A stretch of DNA of 64,000 nucleotides from an uncultured Thermomonas sp. (GCA_965649855.1 CBFGMM010000001.1:27600-91599); one strand, 5' to 3'. Shown: positions 1 through 10,987, counted from the stretch's first letter. Notes: generated by a model from the sequence alone, not told the origin. A program made the numbers and translations.

Positions 1-365
1 TCGTCACGGCGGCGGGTGCCGCGCTCCGGCTTGTCGGCCTTCTCGTCCTTGTTCTTCATGATCAGGGACTGTTCGGTGACCGCCTCGTCGCGGCGGATCA
101 CCAGGTGGCGCAGCACCGCGTCGTTGAAGCGGAAGCCGTCGACCAGCTCGTCCAGCACGGCCTGCTCGGCTTCCACGTTCAGCAGCACGTAGTGGGCCTT
201 GACCAGGTTCTGGATCGGGTAGGCCAGCTGGCGGCGGCCCCAGTCCTCCAGGCGGTGGATGCTGCCGCCGCCGGCCTCGATCGCGCCCTTGTAGCGCTCG
301 ATCATGGCGGGCACCTGCTCGCTCTGGTCCGGATGGACCAGAAACACGATTTCGTAATGACGCAT
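1..365 (-). CDS. rpsF: 30S ribosomal protein S6 (3' end runs off the window)
   Basis: Reverse-strand translation from ATG at 365-363 reads [65 protein letters not shown]..., the canonical S6 N-terminus. There is no stop before position 1. It is absent from the ORF track because it is truncated. Confidence 0.9.
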   Translation of the reverse strand, partial: MRHYEIVFLVHPDQSEQVPAMIERYKGAIEAGGGSIHRLEDWGRRQLAYPIQNLVKAHYVLLNVEAEQAVLDELVDGFRFNDAVLRHLVIRRDEAVTEQSLIMKNKDEKADKPERGTRRRD

Positions 366-492
366 GGTCGTTTCCTTGTGGATATCGGCCAGCGCGAAGG
401 CCGGCCCGGGATAGCCCTCGGCCATCCGCGGCAAGCCGGCGGACGCGTTCGGGCAAGGGCCCCGCAGCGGCCAGGCCGCCCGGGAGCCGCCA

Positions 493-522
493 AGTATGGC
501 AGATTCAATGACTTGCGTGCAA
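493..522 (-). promoter_or_regulatory. candidate sigma70 promoter of rpsF (TTGCAC-N18-CATACT)
   Basis: The reverse strand reads TTGCAC (522-517), an 18 nt spacer, then CATACT (498-493). The element lies over the stop codon of the upstream CDS. It would give a GC-rich leader of about 120 nt before the AAGGAAA SD and the ATG at 365. Confidence 0.3.
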
Positions 523-2298
523 AGGCGCCGTGGCAGGACCACCACCCCGTGCGATCCAGGCGACGATCCGGTCCTCCATCACCGTGAGCGGCACCGAGCC
601 GGTGTCCAGGATCGCGTCGTTGAAGTCGCGCACGTCGAACCTGTCCCCGAGCTCACGCTCGGCGCGCGCCCGCAGTTCCGAGATCTTCAGCTGCCCGATC
701 TTGTAGGCCAGCGCCTGGCCGGGCATCGAGATGTAGCGGTCGATCTCGTTGGTGACGTCGGCCTCGGTCTTGGGCGCGTTGTCCATGAAGTAGCGGATCG
801 CCCGCTCGCGGCTCCAGCCCTTGGCGTGCATGCCGGTATCGACCACCAGCCGGACCGCGCGCCACATGTCGTAGGCCTGCTGGCCCATGCGGTCGTAGGG
901 GTCGTCGTACAGGCCCATGTCGTAGCCCAGGCGCTCGGCGTACAGGCCCCAGCCTTCCGAATACGCGGTGAACCCGCCGGAGCGGCGGAAGCGCGGCAGG
1001 TCGCCCAGCTCCATCGCGTGCGCGATCTGCTGGTGGTGGCCGGGCATCGCCTCGTGCAGGGACAGCGCCATCATTTCCCAGGTGGGGCGCACCTCGGGCC
1101 GGTACAGGTTCACGTAGTAGTAGCCGGCGCGGCTGCCGTCCAGCGCAGGGCCCTGGTAGTAGGCCGTGGTCGTGTCGGGTGCCACGTTGGACGGGATCGG
1201 GCGCAGGCCGTAGGGGATGCGCGGCAGCTTGCGCGAGATCTTCACCAGCTCGGGATCGATCCGCTTGGAAATGGCCAGGTACGCGGTGAACAGGTCTTCG
1301 GGCGAGGTGTGGAAGAACTTCGGGTCGGTGCGCAGGTGATCGAAGAACTGGGCCAGCGTGCCCTGAAAGCCCACTTCCGCGCGGATCTTCTCCATCTCGC
1401 CGCGGATCCGCGCCACTTCCTTCAGGCCGATCGCATGGATCGCATCCGGGCTGAGGTCGGTGGTGGTGTGCAACCGGGCCAGCCAGGCGTAATAGGCCTT
1501 GCCGTCCGGGGCTTCGCTGGTGGCGATGCTGGTGCGCGCGGCCGGCAGGTATTCGGCCTGGAAGAAGCTGGCGAAATCGCGGTAGGCCGGGACGATGGCG
1601 TCGCGGATCACGCGCTCGGCTTCGGCGGAGAGCGCCTGCTGCTCGGCGACCGGGATGCTCGCCGGGTAGCGCTGGAAGGCGCGGAAGAACGGGCTCTGGC
1701 GCGGGTCCTCCACGACCTGCCTGGCGATCTGCGCCGGCACGCGGTCCATCAGCACGCGCGGCGGCACGTGGCCGCTCTTGATGCCCTCGCGCATCAGCGC
1801 CTGGTGCTGGGCGATCCGCGCCGGCAACGCGCGCATCCGCGCCAGCCAGTCGCGGTAATCCTGCACGCTGCCCAGGCGCAGGCGCTCGACCATGCCGTCG
1901 GCGGTCTGCACGCCGCCGCGCTGGCTGAGCGGCATCAGGTGGCGCTGGAAGCGCTGGCCGTCCACCGCGTTCTGCAGGCGCCAGCGCATGATGTCGTAGT
2001 TCAGCTGGTCGGCCGCCGAGAGCCTGGCCCGGTCGATCGCCAGCAGCTCGGCCAGCGCCTTGCGATTGGCCTCGTGGCGGGCGGCGATGGCCGCCAGGCT
2101 GTCGTCGTCCCAGCGGTCGTTGGCGCGGTTGTCGCCGGTGGCGGTGGCGCGCTCCGGGCTTTCGGCCAGGCCGCGCTCCCATTCGGCATCGAAGAAGGCA
2201 TGCAGCCGCTGCGTCTCCGCCGCGTCCTGCGCCAGTGCGGCAGGCGGCGCCAGCCACAGGCAGGCCAACAGGGCCAGCCCCATCGCGGTCTTGAACAT
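505..2298 (-). CDS. secreted DUF885-family protein (putative metallopeptidase-like, HExxPGHH motif)
   Basis: 597 aa ORF with an N-terminal signal peptide ([25 protein letters not shown]). It carries the [10 protein letters not shown] motif typical of DUF885. Third codon positions are GC-rich throughout. Confidence 0.8.
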   Translation of the reverse strand: MFKTAMGLALLACLWLAPPAALAQDAAETQRLHAFFDAEWERGLAESPERATATGDNRANDRWDDDSLAAIAARHEANRKALAELLAIDRARLSAADQLNYDIMRWRLQNAVDGQRFQRHLMPLSQRGGVQTADGMVERLRLGSVQDYRDWLARMRALPARIAQHQALMREGIKSGHVPPRVLMDRVPAQIARQVVEDPRQSPFFRAFQRYPASIPVAEQQALSAEAERVIRDAIVPAYRDFASFFQAEYLPAARTSIATSEAPDGKAYYAWLARLHTTTDLSPDAIHAIGLKEVARIRGEMEKIRAEVGFQGTLAQFFDHLRTDPKFFHTSPEDLFTAYLAISKRIDPELVKISRKLPRIPYGLRPIPSNVAPDTTTAYYQGPALDGSRAGYYYVNLYRPEVRPTWEMMALSLHEAMPGHHQQIAHAMELGDLPRFRRSGGFTAYSEGWGLYAERLGYDMGLYDDPYDRMGQQAYDMWRAVRLVVDTGMHAKGWSRERAIRYFMDNAPKTEADVTNEIDRYISMPGQALAYKIGQLKISELRARAERELGDRFDVRDFNDAILDTGSVPLTVMEDRIVAWIARGGGPATAPLHASH

Positions 2299-2309
2299 GC
2301 GGTCATTCC

Positions 2310-2327
2310 CCGGTCTGCGAAGACCGG
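2310..2327 (-). terminator. 7-bp stem hairpin between the HesB/IscA gene and the DUF885 gene
   Basis: CCGGTCT-GCGA-AGACCGG is a perfect inverted repeat 15 nt downstream of the stop at 2342. There is no clear U-tract, so it may only attenuate. Confidence 0.3.
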
Positions 2328-2341
2328 AGTCTAGCGCGGCC

Positions 2342-2683
2342 TCAGGCGGCCTTGTCCGCGTCGGTGGTGAAGCTCTCGCCGCAGCCGCATTCGCCGGCCA
2401 CGTTGGGGTTGCGGAAGGCGAACTGTTCGTTCAGGCCCTGCTTGAGGAAATCGATCGTGGTGCCGTCCACCAGCGGCAGGCTGTCGGCATCCACCAGGAT
2501 GCGCACGCCATCCGCCTCGAACAGGTGGTCGCCGGGCGACTGCTCGCGGGCCAGGTCGATCCGGTAGCCCCACCCGGAACAGCCGGTGCGCGACACGCCG
2601 AAGCGCAGGCCCAGGGCGGCGGGGTCGGCATCCAGGAAGCCGCGGATGCGCTGGCGGGCGGATTCGGTGAGGGTCACGGCCAT
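2342..2683 (-). CDS. HesB/IscA-family iron-sulfur cluster assembly accessory protein
   Basis: Only the last 113 codons of the 744-aa track ORF are real: [17 protein letters not shown]...[10 protein letters not shown]...[14 protein letters not shown]. The Cys-X(n)-CGCG pattern is the A-type Fe-S carrier signature. Confidence 0.88.
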   Translation of the reverse strand: MAVTLTESARQRIRGFLDADPAALGLRFGVSRTGCSGWGYRIDLAREQSPGDHLFEADGVRILVDADSLPLVDGTTIDFLKQGLNEQFAFRNPNVAGECGCGESFTTDADKAA

Positions 2684-2689
2684 GCGGGC

Positions 2690-2695
2690 ATTGTA
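2690..2695 (-). promoter_or_regulatory. -10 element TACAAT located 6 nt upstream of the ATG (predicted leaderless start)
   Basis: The reverse strand reads ggagcTACAATgcccgcATG, with no SD. Confidence 0.45.
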
Positions 2696-2746
2696 GCTCC
2701 GGTAAACTTGCCGTCCTATTTCGATGCGGCGACCCGGGATTTCAAG

Positions 2747-4147
<1,401 letters not shown>

Positions 4148-4149
4148 GC

Positions 4150-4464
4150 GTGGATGCCGACCTGGTCCTGTTCCTCGCCCTGACCGCCTTCGCCGTCGCG
4201 ATCGCCGGCGCCACCGCGTTCGTGATCTTCTGGCCGCTGGCGCTGGTGCACGTGCGCGACCGCCATCCCGCGGTGGCGCAGCGGCTCGGATCCGGCGCGT
4301 TCCTGCGCCCCGCCGCGCTGCTGTGGCTGCTGCGTGGCGACTACCGCGCCACCGGCGACCGCAACCTGTCCGGCCTGGCCACGCCGTCGCGCATCGCGCT
4401 GCTGGTGATCCTGGGGGGCGCGCTGATGGGCGCCCTGCTGTGGATCGCGGGGAACGCCCTGTGA
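4150..4464 (+). CDS. small membrane protein, two predicted TM helices, unknown function
   Basis: A GTG start lies 3 nt after the asnS stop. The 104 aa product has hydrophobic N- and C-terminal segments (LVLFLALTAFAVAIAGATAFVIFWPLALV, IALLVILGGALMGALLWIAG). GC3 is high. Confidence 0.55.
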   Translation: MDADLVLFLALTAFAVAIAGATAFVIFWPLALVHVRDRHPAVAQRLGSGAFLRPAALLWLLRGDYRATGDRNLSGLATPSRIALLVILGGALMGALLWIAGNAL

Positions 4465-4766
4465 GCGCCGCTGCCGACAGCTGGTGGCTGGCCAGCCTGG
4501 GCCGCACCATCGTCTGGGCGCGGCTGCGCGAACGCGACGCCGGCACCGCGGAGGTGTTCGACAGCGACGGCAACACGCTGGCCTACGACAGCCTGGACAC
4601 GGCGCGAGCCGCCCTGATGGACGCCGAATTCGTGGAATACGACGGACTGGACGAGGAGGACGCGCTGGCGCGCGGCTTCTCGCTGGCCGAGGTCGCGCCG
4701 CCCGCGGGCGGCAGCGACGAGTCCCTGCGCGGGCGGATGGTGCAGCAGCTCGGGGGGCGCGCCTGA
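4461..4766 (+). CDS. small acidic hypothetical protein (101 aa)
   Basis: The GTG start overlaps the upstream stop (GTGA). The stop overlaps the next ATG (TGATG). GC3 is high and I recognise no family. Confidence 0.5.
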   Translation: MSAAADSWWLASLGRTIVWARLRERDAGTAEVFDSDGNTLAYDSLDTARAALMDAEFVEYDGLDEEDALARGFSLAEVAPPAGGSDESLRGRMVQQLGGRA

Positions 4767-5551
4767 TGGACCTGGACCTGTCCGGCAAGCACGCACTGGT
4801 CTGCGGTGGCTCCGAGGGCATTGGCCGTGCGACCGCCCTTGAGTTGGCCGCGCTGGGCGCGCGGGTCACCGTACTGGCGCGCCGCGAACCCGCGCTGCGC
4901 GAGGTGGCCGCCGCCTTGCCCCGCGCGCACGGCCAGTCGCACGGCGTGCTGGTCGCGGACATGGGCGACACCGCGGGGCTGCGGCGCAGCGTCGAGGCGC
5001 TGGCCGCGGACACCCCCGTCCACATCCTGGTCAACAACACCAGCGGGCCGCCCGGCGGCGCGATCCGCGACGCCGCCGAAGACGCGTTCCTGGACACCTT
5101 CCGCAAGCACCTGCTGGCCAACCACGCGCTGGCGCAGGCGGTGCTGCCGGGCATGCGCGCCGCGGGCCACGGGCGCATCGTCAACATCGTGTCCACCTCG
5201 GTGTACGAGCCGATCGCCGGCCTGGGCGTGTCCAACACCATCCGCGGCGCCGTGGCCAGCTGGGCGAAGACCCTCTCGCGCGAGGTCGCACCGGACGGCA
5301 TCACCGTCAACAACCTGCTGCCCGGCTTCACCGAGACCGCGCGCATCGCCCAGATCGTGGCCGACCGCATGGCCAAGGAAGGCCGCGACGAGGCCGCGAT
5401 CCGCGCCGCGATGCTGTCCAGCGTCCCGGCCGGGCGCTTCGCCCAGCCGCACGAGCCCGCCGCGCTGGTCGCCTTCCTGTGCAGCCCCGCCGCGGCCTAC
5501 ATCACAGGCCAGTCGATCGCGGTCGATGGCGGCCGCATGCAGTCGATCTGA
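4766..5551 (+). CDS. SDR-fold oxidoreductase lacking the canonical YxxxK catalytic motif
   Basis: MDLDLSGKHALVCGGSEGIGRAT (Rossmann TGxxxGxG-like), NNTSG and IVNIVSTS are present. At the expected Tyr/Lys position the sequence is S-N-T-I-R. The protein has only two Tyr residues (VYEP, AAYITG). Confidence 0.8.
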   Translation: MDLDLSGKHALVCGGSEGIGRATALELAALGARVTVLARREPALREVAAALPRAHGQSHGVLVADMGDTAGLRRSVEALAADTPVHILVNNTSGPPGGAIRDAAEDAFLDTFRKHLLANHALAQAVLPGMRAAGHGRIVNIVSTSVYEPIAGLGVSNTIRGAVASWAKTLSREVAPDGITVNNLLPGFTETARIAQIVADRMAKEGRDEAAIRAAMLSSVPAGRFAQPHEPAALVAFLCSPAAAYITGQSIAVDGGRMQSI

Positions 5552-5586
5552 CGCCCGTGCGCATCGGCGCGACGGGGCTTTCGCTC

Positions 5587-5592
5587 TAGACT
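5587..5592 (+). promoter_or_regulatory. -10-like TAGACT located 6 nt upstream of the ATG of the first kynurenine-operon gene
   Basis: The sequence reads ctcTAGACTaggcggATG. Confidence 0.35.
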
Positions 5593-5598
5593 AGGCGG

Positions 5599-7026
5599 AT
5601 GCAACGCGACCCGCACTGGATCGACGGACAGGCCCGCGAGCCCGCCAGCGGGCGATGGCTGGACGTGTTCGATCCGGCGACGCGCACGGTCGCATCGCAG
5701 GTCGCCGACGGCGACGCGTCCGACGTGGACGATGCTGTCGCCGCGGCCGACGCCGCCTTCCCCGCCTGGTCGGGCCTGCCCAACAGCGTCCGCGCGCGCT
5801 GGCTGGAACGGCTGGCCGATGCGCTGGAGGCCCGGCTCGACGCGTTCGCCCGCGCCGAAGCCGCGGATGCCGGCAAGCCGCTGGCCCTGGCCCGCGATGC
5901 CGAGATCCCCCGCGCGATCAGCAACCTGCGTTTCTTCGCGCACGCCGCCACCCAGTTCGCCAGCGAATCGCACCACGGCGAGGCCGGGCTGAACTACACG
6001 CTGCGCCTGCCGCTGGGCGTGGTCGGCTGCATCAGCCCGTGGAACCTGCCGCTCTACCTGTTCACCTGGAAGATCGCGCCGGCGCTGGCCGCGGGCAACA
6101 CGGTGGTGGCCAAGCCGTCCGAAGTCACCCCGCGCAGCGCGACCATGCTGGCCGCGCTGGCCGCGGAGATCGGCTTCCCGCCCGGCGTGCTGAACCTCGT
6201 CAACGGGCGCGGCCCGGAAGTCGGCGAGGCCATCGTGCGCCACCCGCAGGTGAAGGCGATCAGCTTCACCGGCAGCAGCACGGTGGGCCGGCGCATCGCC
6301 GGCATCGCCGGCCCGCTGCTGAAGAAGACCTCGCTGGAACTGGGTGGCAAGAACGCCACCCTGGTGTTCGCCGACAGCGACTGGCGCGACCACCTGGACC
6401 TGCTGGTGCGCAGCGCCTTCCAGAACAGTGGCCAGATCTGCCTGTGCGGCTCGCGGATGCTGGTCGAGCGCGCCATCCACGACGACTTCCGCGACGCCTT
6501 CGTGGCGCGCGTGCAGGCGCTGCGCATCGGCGATCCGCTGGACGACGGCGCGCAGTTCGGTCCGCTGGTCTCGCAGGCGCAGTTCGACAAGGTGCTGGCC
6601 TGCATCGCGCGGGCACGCGACGAGGGCGGCCGCGTGTTGTGCGGCGGCCAGGCGCTCGATCGCCCCGGCTGGTTCATCGCCCCGGCCGTGATCGAGGGCC
6701 TGGGGCCTGGCTGCGCGACCAACCGCGAGGAAATCTTCGGCCCGGTGGTCACCCTGCAGGCCTTCGATTCGGACGCAGAGGCCCTGGCGCTGGCCAACGC
6801 GGGCGACTACGGCCTGTCGGCGTCCGTGTTCACCAACGACCTGCGCCGCGCCCACCGGCTGGCCGCGGGCCTGCGCGTGGGCATGGTCTGGATCAACGCC
6901 TGGCTGATGCGCGACCTGCGCACGCCGTTCGGCGGCAGCGGCGCCTCGGGTCTGGGGCGCGAAGGCGGCATGGAAGCGATGCGTTTCTTCACCGAACCCC
7001 GCAACGTGGGACTGGCACTGGCATGA
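5599..7026 (+). CDS. 2-aminomuconate-6-semialdehyde (2-hydroxymuconic semialdehyde family) dehydrogenase
   Basis: 475 aa ALDH with the IPRAISNLRFFA, VVGCISPWNLPL, ELGGKN and GQICLCGSR motifs. It matches the AmnC/NbaE/XylG subfamily as I remember it, and the genomic context is a kynurenine operon. Confidence 0.8.
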   Translation: MQRDPHWIDGQAREPASGRWLDVFDPATRTVASQVADGDASDVDDAVAAADAAFPAWSGLPNSVRARWLERLADALEARLDAFARAEAADAGKPLALARDAEIPRAISNLRFFAHAATQFASESHHGEAGLNYTLRLPLGVVGCISPWNLPLYLFTWKIAPALAAGNTVVAKPSEVTPRSATMLAALAAEIGFPPGVLNLVNGRGPEVGEAIVRHPQVKAISFTGSSTVGRRIAGIAGPLLKKTSLELGGKNATLVFADSDWRDHLDLLVRSAFQNSGQICLCGSRMLVERAIHDDFRDAFVARVQALRIGDPLDDGAQFGPLVSQAQFDKVLACIARARDEGGRVLCGGQALDRPGWFIAPAVIEGLGPGCATNREEIFGPVVTLQAFDSDAEALALANAGDYGLSASVFTNDLRRAHRLAAGLRVGMVWINAWLMRDLRTPFGGSGASGLGREGGMEAMRFFTEPRNVGLALA

Positions 7027-7685
7027 AATCGATCGACGATCTGTTGCGCAAGAACCTGGCCTGGTCGGAGCGCGTCTCGCGCGAGGACCCCGACTTCTTC
7101 AGGCGCCTGTGGAAGCAGCAGGCGCCCAAGTACCTGTGGATCGGCTGCTCCGACTCGCGCGTGCCGGCCAACCAGGTGGTGGACCTCGCGCCCGGCGAGG
7201 TCTTCGTCCACCGCAACATCGCCAACGTGGTGGTGCACACCGACCTCAACTGCCTGTCGGTGATCCAGTTCGCGGTCGACGTGCTCAAGGTCGAGCACAT
7301 CCTGGTGGTCGGCCATTACGGCTGCGGCGGCGTGCATGCCGCCCTGACCAACGCCCGGGTCGGGCTGGCCGACAACTGGATCCGCCACGTGGGCGATGTC
7401 TCCGCCAAGCACGCCGCGCTGCTCGCCGCCGCCGGCGACGAGCCGCTGCAGCACGACCGCCTGTGCGAACTCAACGCGCTGGAACAGGTCGCCAACGTGT
7501 GCCAGACCACCATCGTGCGCGACGCCTGGGCACGCGGCCAGGCGCTGTCCGTGCACGGCTGGGTGTACACCCTGCGCGACGGCCGCGTGCACGACCTCGG
7601 GCTCAACGTGGATGGCCCGGACCAGCTGGACGCGCAGTACGCGGAGGCGCTGGCGCGGATCAGCGTGGATCGGGAGGACCGGTGA
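7023..7685 (+). CDS. can: beta-class carbonic anhydrase
   Basis: [26 protein letters not shown]...[14 protein letters not shown]...HRNIANVV...[10 protein letters not shown], with the Cys-Asp-Arg / His-x-x-Cys zinc ligand pattern. ATGA overlaps upstream and GTGA overlaps downstream. Confidence 0.9.
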   Translation: MKSIDDLLRKNLAWSERVSREDPDFFRRLWKQQAPKYLWIGCSDSRVPANQVVDLAPGEVFVHRNIANVVVHTDLNCLSVIQFAVDVLKVEHILVVGHYGCGGVHAALTNARVGLADNWIRHVGDVSAKHAALLAAAGDEPLQHDRLCELNALEQVANVCQTTIVRDAWARGQALSVHGWVYTLRDGRVHDLGLNVDGPDQLDAQYAEALARISVDREDR

Positions 7686-8107
7686 GCGGCGCCATCCATG
7701 CCGCGGCCGCGCCCAGGGCGGTGGGCCGCTACCCGCACGCGCGCCGGGTCGGCACCCTGCTGTTCCTGTCGGGCATCGGCCCGCGCGATCCGGCCGACGA
7801 CTCCATCCCCGGCAACCGCTACGACGCCGACGGCCGCCTCCGCGGCTACGACATCGAGGCGCAGGCCCGCGCGGTGATGGCCAACGTGCGCGCGGTGCTG
7901 GCGGCCAGCGGCGCGCGCTGGGAAGACCTGGTCGACGTCACCGTCTACCTCACCGACATGCAGCGCGACTTCCAGGCCTACAACGCGGTCTGGGCCGAGC
8001 ACTTCCCCGATGCGGCCAGCGCGCCCTGCCGCACCACCCTGGGCATCAACGCCCTGCCCACCCCGATCGCGATCGAGCTGAAGTGCATCGCGGTGCTGGA
8101 GGACTAG
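7682..8107 (+). CDS. RidA/YjgF-family deaminase, probable 2-aminomuconate deaminase
   Basis: 141 aa with ...[13 protein letters not shown]...VTVYLTDM...[24 protein letters not shown], the RidA fold signature. The role is assigned from context (AmnD-type deaminases are YjgF-like). Confidence 0.7.
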   Translation: MSGAIHAAAAPRAVGRYPHARRVGTLLFLSGIGPRDPADDSIPGNRYDADGRLRGYDIEAQARAVMANVRAVLAASGARWEDLVDVTVYLTDMQRDFQAYNAVWAEHFPDAASAPCRTTLGINALPTPIAIELKCIAVLED

Positions 8108-8109
8108 CC

Positions 8110-8673
8110 ATGCTCCCCAACCCGCTCAACCTGCAGGCGTGGATCGATGAGCACCGCCACCTGCTCAAGCCGCCGGTGGGCAACAAGTGCATCGTCGACG
8201 ACGATTACATCGTGATGGTCGTGGGCGGCCCGAACGCGCGCACCGACTACCACTACGAGGACGGCCCGGAGTGGTTCTACCAGCTCGAGGGCGAGATGGT
8301 GCTGCGCATCCAGGAGGACGACGCCACCGGGCAGCGCGTGGCACGCGACATCCCGATCCGCGCCGGCGAGATGTTCTACCTGCCGCCGCGCGTGCCGCAT
8401 TCGCCGCAGCGCATGCCGGGCAGCATCGGCCTGGTGATCGAGCGCCGGCGGCTGCCGCACGAGGACGACGCGCTGATGTGGTTCTGCGTCGCCTGCAACC
8501 ACAAGCTCTACGAGGAATTCTTCCACCTGGTCGACATCGAGCAGGATTTCTTCAGGGTGTTCGAACGCTTCTACCGCGACGAGGCGCTGCGCACGTGCGC
8601 ACGCTGCGGCACGCTCAATCCGCGGCCGACGCGCTACGAGATGAACGCCGATTCGCAGGCCGACATCACCTGA
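8110..8673 (+). CDS. nbaC: 3-hydroxyanthranilate 3,4-dioxygenase
   Basis: The cupin core is [20 protein letters not shown]...[18 protein letters not shown]-terminal CxxC...CxxC rubredoxin-like site (CVACNHK...CARCG) is present, as in bacterial HAO. Confidence 0.9.
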   Translation: MLPNPLNLQAWIDEHRHLLKPPVGNKCIVDDDYIVMVVGGPNARTDYHYEDGPEWFYQLEGEMVLRIQEDDATGQRVARDIPIRAGEMFYLPPRVPHSPQRMPGSIGLVIERRRLPHEDDALMWFCVACNHKLYEEFFHLVDIEQDFFRVFERFYRDEALRTCARCGTLNPRPTRYEMNADSQADIT

Positions 8674-9713
8674 TGCCCGGTCCCGACATGCTCAAGATCG
8701 ACACCCACGCCCACTACCTGCCGCGCGACTGGCCGGACCTTTCGGCCAAGTACGGCGACGCGCGCTTCCCGGTGATCCACCACGGCGACGACGGCCGCCA
8801 CCGCATCTACAAGGACGGCAGGTTCTTCCGCGAGATCTGGCCCAAGACCTGGGACCCGCAGATCCGGATCGACGACTACGCCCGCTTCGGCGTGCAGGTG
8901 CAGGTGCTGAGCACCGTGCCGGTGATGTTCAGCGAGTGGGCCAGGCCGCACCACGCGCTGGAACTGCACAAGGCGCTCAACGAGCACATGGCCGGCACCT
9001 GCCGCGATTACCCGCGCCACTACGCCGGCATCGGCACGGTGCCGTTGCAGAGCCCGCAGCTGGCGGTCCGCGAGCTGGAACGCTGCATGGACGAGCTGGG
9101 CCTGCAGGGCGTGCAGATCGGCTCGCACCTCAATGGCCCCGGCGGCGTGCACTGGAACCTGGACGCGCCGGAGCTGTTCGAGTTCTTCCAGGCCGCCAGC
9201 GACCTGGGTGCGGCGATCCTGGTCCATCCCTGGGACATGATGGGCAGCGACACCATGCCCAAGTACTGGCTGCCGTGGCTGGTCGGGATGCCGGCCGAGC
9301 AGTCGCGCGCCGCCTGCTGCCTGGTGTTCGGCGGCGTGCTGGAACGGCTGCCCCGGCTGCGCGTGTGCATGGCGCATGGCGGCGGCAGCTTCCCCTACAC
9401 GATCGGGCGGATCGAGCACGGGTTCAACATGCGCCCCGACCTGGTCGCCACCGACAACTTCCGCAACCCGCGCGAGTACCTCAAGCGCCTCTACTTCGAC
9501 TCCTGGGTCGCCGACGACGCGGCGCTGCGCTACCTGCTCGGGGCCTGCGGTCCGGAGCGCGTGATGCTGGGCACCGACTACCCCTTCCCGCTCGGCGAAC
9601 AGGTCCCGGGCGAAGGCATCGAGCGCCTGGCGCTGGACGAGGCAGAGCGCGCGCGCATCTACCACGGCACCGCGCTGGAATGGCTGGGCCTGCCGCTTTC
9701 GAGGTTCGCATGA
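8673..9713 (+). CDS. nbaD: 2-amino-3-carboxymuconate-6-semialdehyde decarboxylase (ACMSD)
   Basis: Amidohydrolase-fold motifs are present: KIDTHAHYLP, HPWDMMG, WLVGMPAE, CMAHGGGSFPY, GTDYPFPLGE. The ATG overlaps the upstream stop (TGATG). An alternative ATG lies at 8688. Confidence 0.9.
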   Translation: MPGPDMLKIDTHAHYLPRDWPDLSAKYGDARFPVIHHGDDGRHRIYKDGRFFREIWPKTWDPQIRIDDYARFGVQVQVLSTVPVMFSEWARPHHALELHKALNEHMAGTCRDYPRHYAGIGTVPLQSPQLAVRELERCMDELGLQGVQIGSHLNGPGGVHWNLDAPELFEFFQAASDLGAAILVHPWDMMGSDTMPKYWLPWLVGMPAEQSRAACCLVFGGVLERLPRLRVCMAHGGGSFPYTIGRIEHGFNMRPDLVATDNFRNPREYLKRLYFDSWVADDAALRYLLGACGPERVMLGTDYPFPLGEQVPGEGIERLALDEAERARIYHGTALEWLGLPLSRFA

Positions 9714-10987
9714 CGCCCACCCTGTGGACCGACGGATACGCTGGTGCGCTCGACGCCGCCGACCCGCTGCGCGGCTTCCGCGACGAATTCCACCTGCCGC
9801 TGCACGACGGCGCGCCGCAGGCGTACTTCGTCGGCAATTCGCTGGGATTGCAGCCCCGGGGCGCGCGGGCGCACGTCGAGGAGGTGCTGGACAAGTGGGC
9901 GCGGGAGGGCGTGGAAGGCCATTTCACCGGGCAGGCGCAGTGGATGCCCTACCACGAGCTGGTGCGCGAGCCGCTGGCGCGGGTGGTGGGCGCGCAGCCT
10001 GCCGAGGTGGTGGCGATGAACTCGCTGACCGCCAACCTGCACTTGATGATGGTCAGCTTCTACCAGCCCACCATCGAGCGCACCGCCATCCTCGTCGAGG
10101 CGGGCAGCTTCCCCTCCGACCGCTACGCGGTGGAGTCGCAACTCAGGTACCGCGGACTGCCGCCGCAGCACACCCTCATCGAGGTGCAGCCGGACCTGGC
10201 GGACGGCACGTTCTCGATGGAGGCGATCGCCCGCGCCATCGAGGCGAACGCGCACCGGCTGGCGCTGGTCCTGTGGCCCGGCGTGCAGTACCGCACCGGC
10301 CAGGCGTTCGACCTGAAGGAGATCGTGCGCCTGGGCCACGCGGCCGGCGCCATCGTCGGCTTCGACCTGGCCCATGCGGTCGGCAACCTGCCGCTTGAGC
10401 TGCACGATTCCGGCGCGGACTTCGCGGTCTGGTGCCATTACAAGTACATGAACTCGGGGCCGGGCGCGGTGGCCGGCTGCTTCGTGCACGCGCGCCACGC
10501 GCGCACGCAGCGCCCGCGCTTCGCCGGCTGGTGGGGCAACAACAAGGAGGTGCGCTTCAGGATGGGGCCGGAGTTCGATCCCACCCCCGGTGCCGACGGC
10601 TGGCAGCTGTCCAACCCGCCCATCCTCGGCCTGGCGCCGCTGCGCGCCGCGCTGGACCAGTTCGACCGCGCCACGCTGCCGGCGCTGCGCGCCAAGTCCG
10701 AGTCGCTGACCGGCTACCTGGAGCAGCTGATCGATGCCGGCCTGGGCGACGTGCTCCAGGTGGTCACCCCGCGCGACGTTGCGCAACGTGGCTGCCAGCT
10801 CTCGATCCGGGTGGCGGGCGGGCGCGAGCAGGGCCGCGCGCTGTTCGACTTCCTGGCCGCGCGGGGCGTGCTGGGCGACTGGCGCGAGCCGGACGTGATC
10901 CGCATCTCGCCGGTGCCGCTGTACAACACCCACGGCGATGTCCTGCGCTTCGCGCGCACCGTGCAGGAGTGGCGCGATGCCCGCTGA
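9710..10987 (+). CDS. kynU: kynureninase
   Basis: 425 aa with FVGNSLGLQP, SFPSDRYA and WCHYKYMNSGPGAVAG (PLP-lysine region). ATGA overlaps ACMSD. Confidence 0.93.
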   Translation: MTPTLWTDGYAGALDAADPLRGFRDEFHLPLHDGAPQAYFVGNSLGLQPRGARAHVEEVLDKWAREGVEGHFTGQAQWMPYHELVREPLARVVGAQPAEVVAMNSLTANLHLMMVSFYQPTIERTAILVEAGSFPSDRYAVESQLRYRGLPPQHTLIEVQPDLADGTFSMEAIARAIEANAHRLALVLWPGVQYRTGQAFDLKEIVRLGHAAGAIVGFDLAHAVGNLPLELHDSGADFAVWCHYKYMNSGPGAVAGCFVHARHARTQRPRFAGWWGNNKEVRFRMGPEFDPTPGADGWQLSNPPILGLAPLRAALDQFDRATLPALRAKSESLTGYLEQLIDAGLGDVLQVVTPRDVAQRGCQLSIRVAGGREQGRALFDFLAARGVLGDWREPDVIRISPVPLYNTHGDVLRFARTVQEWRDAR

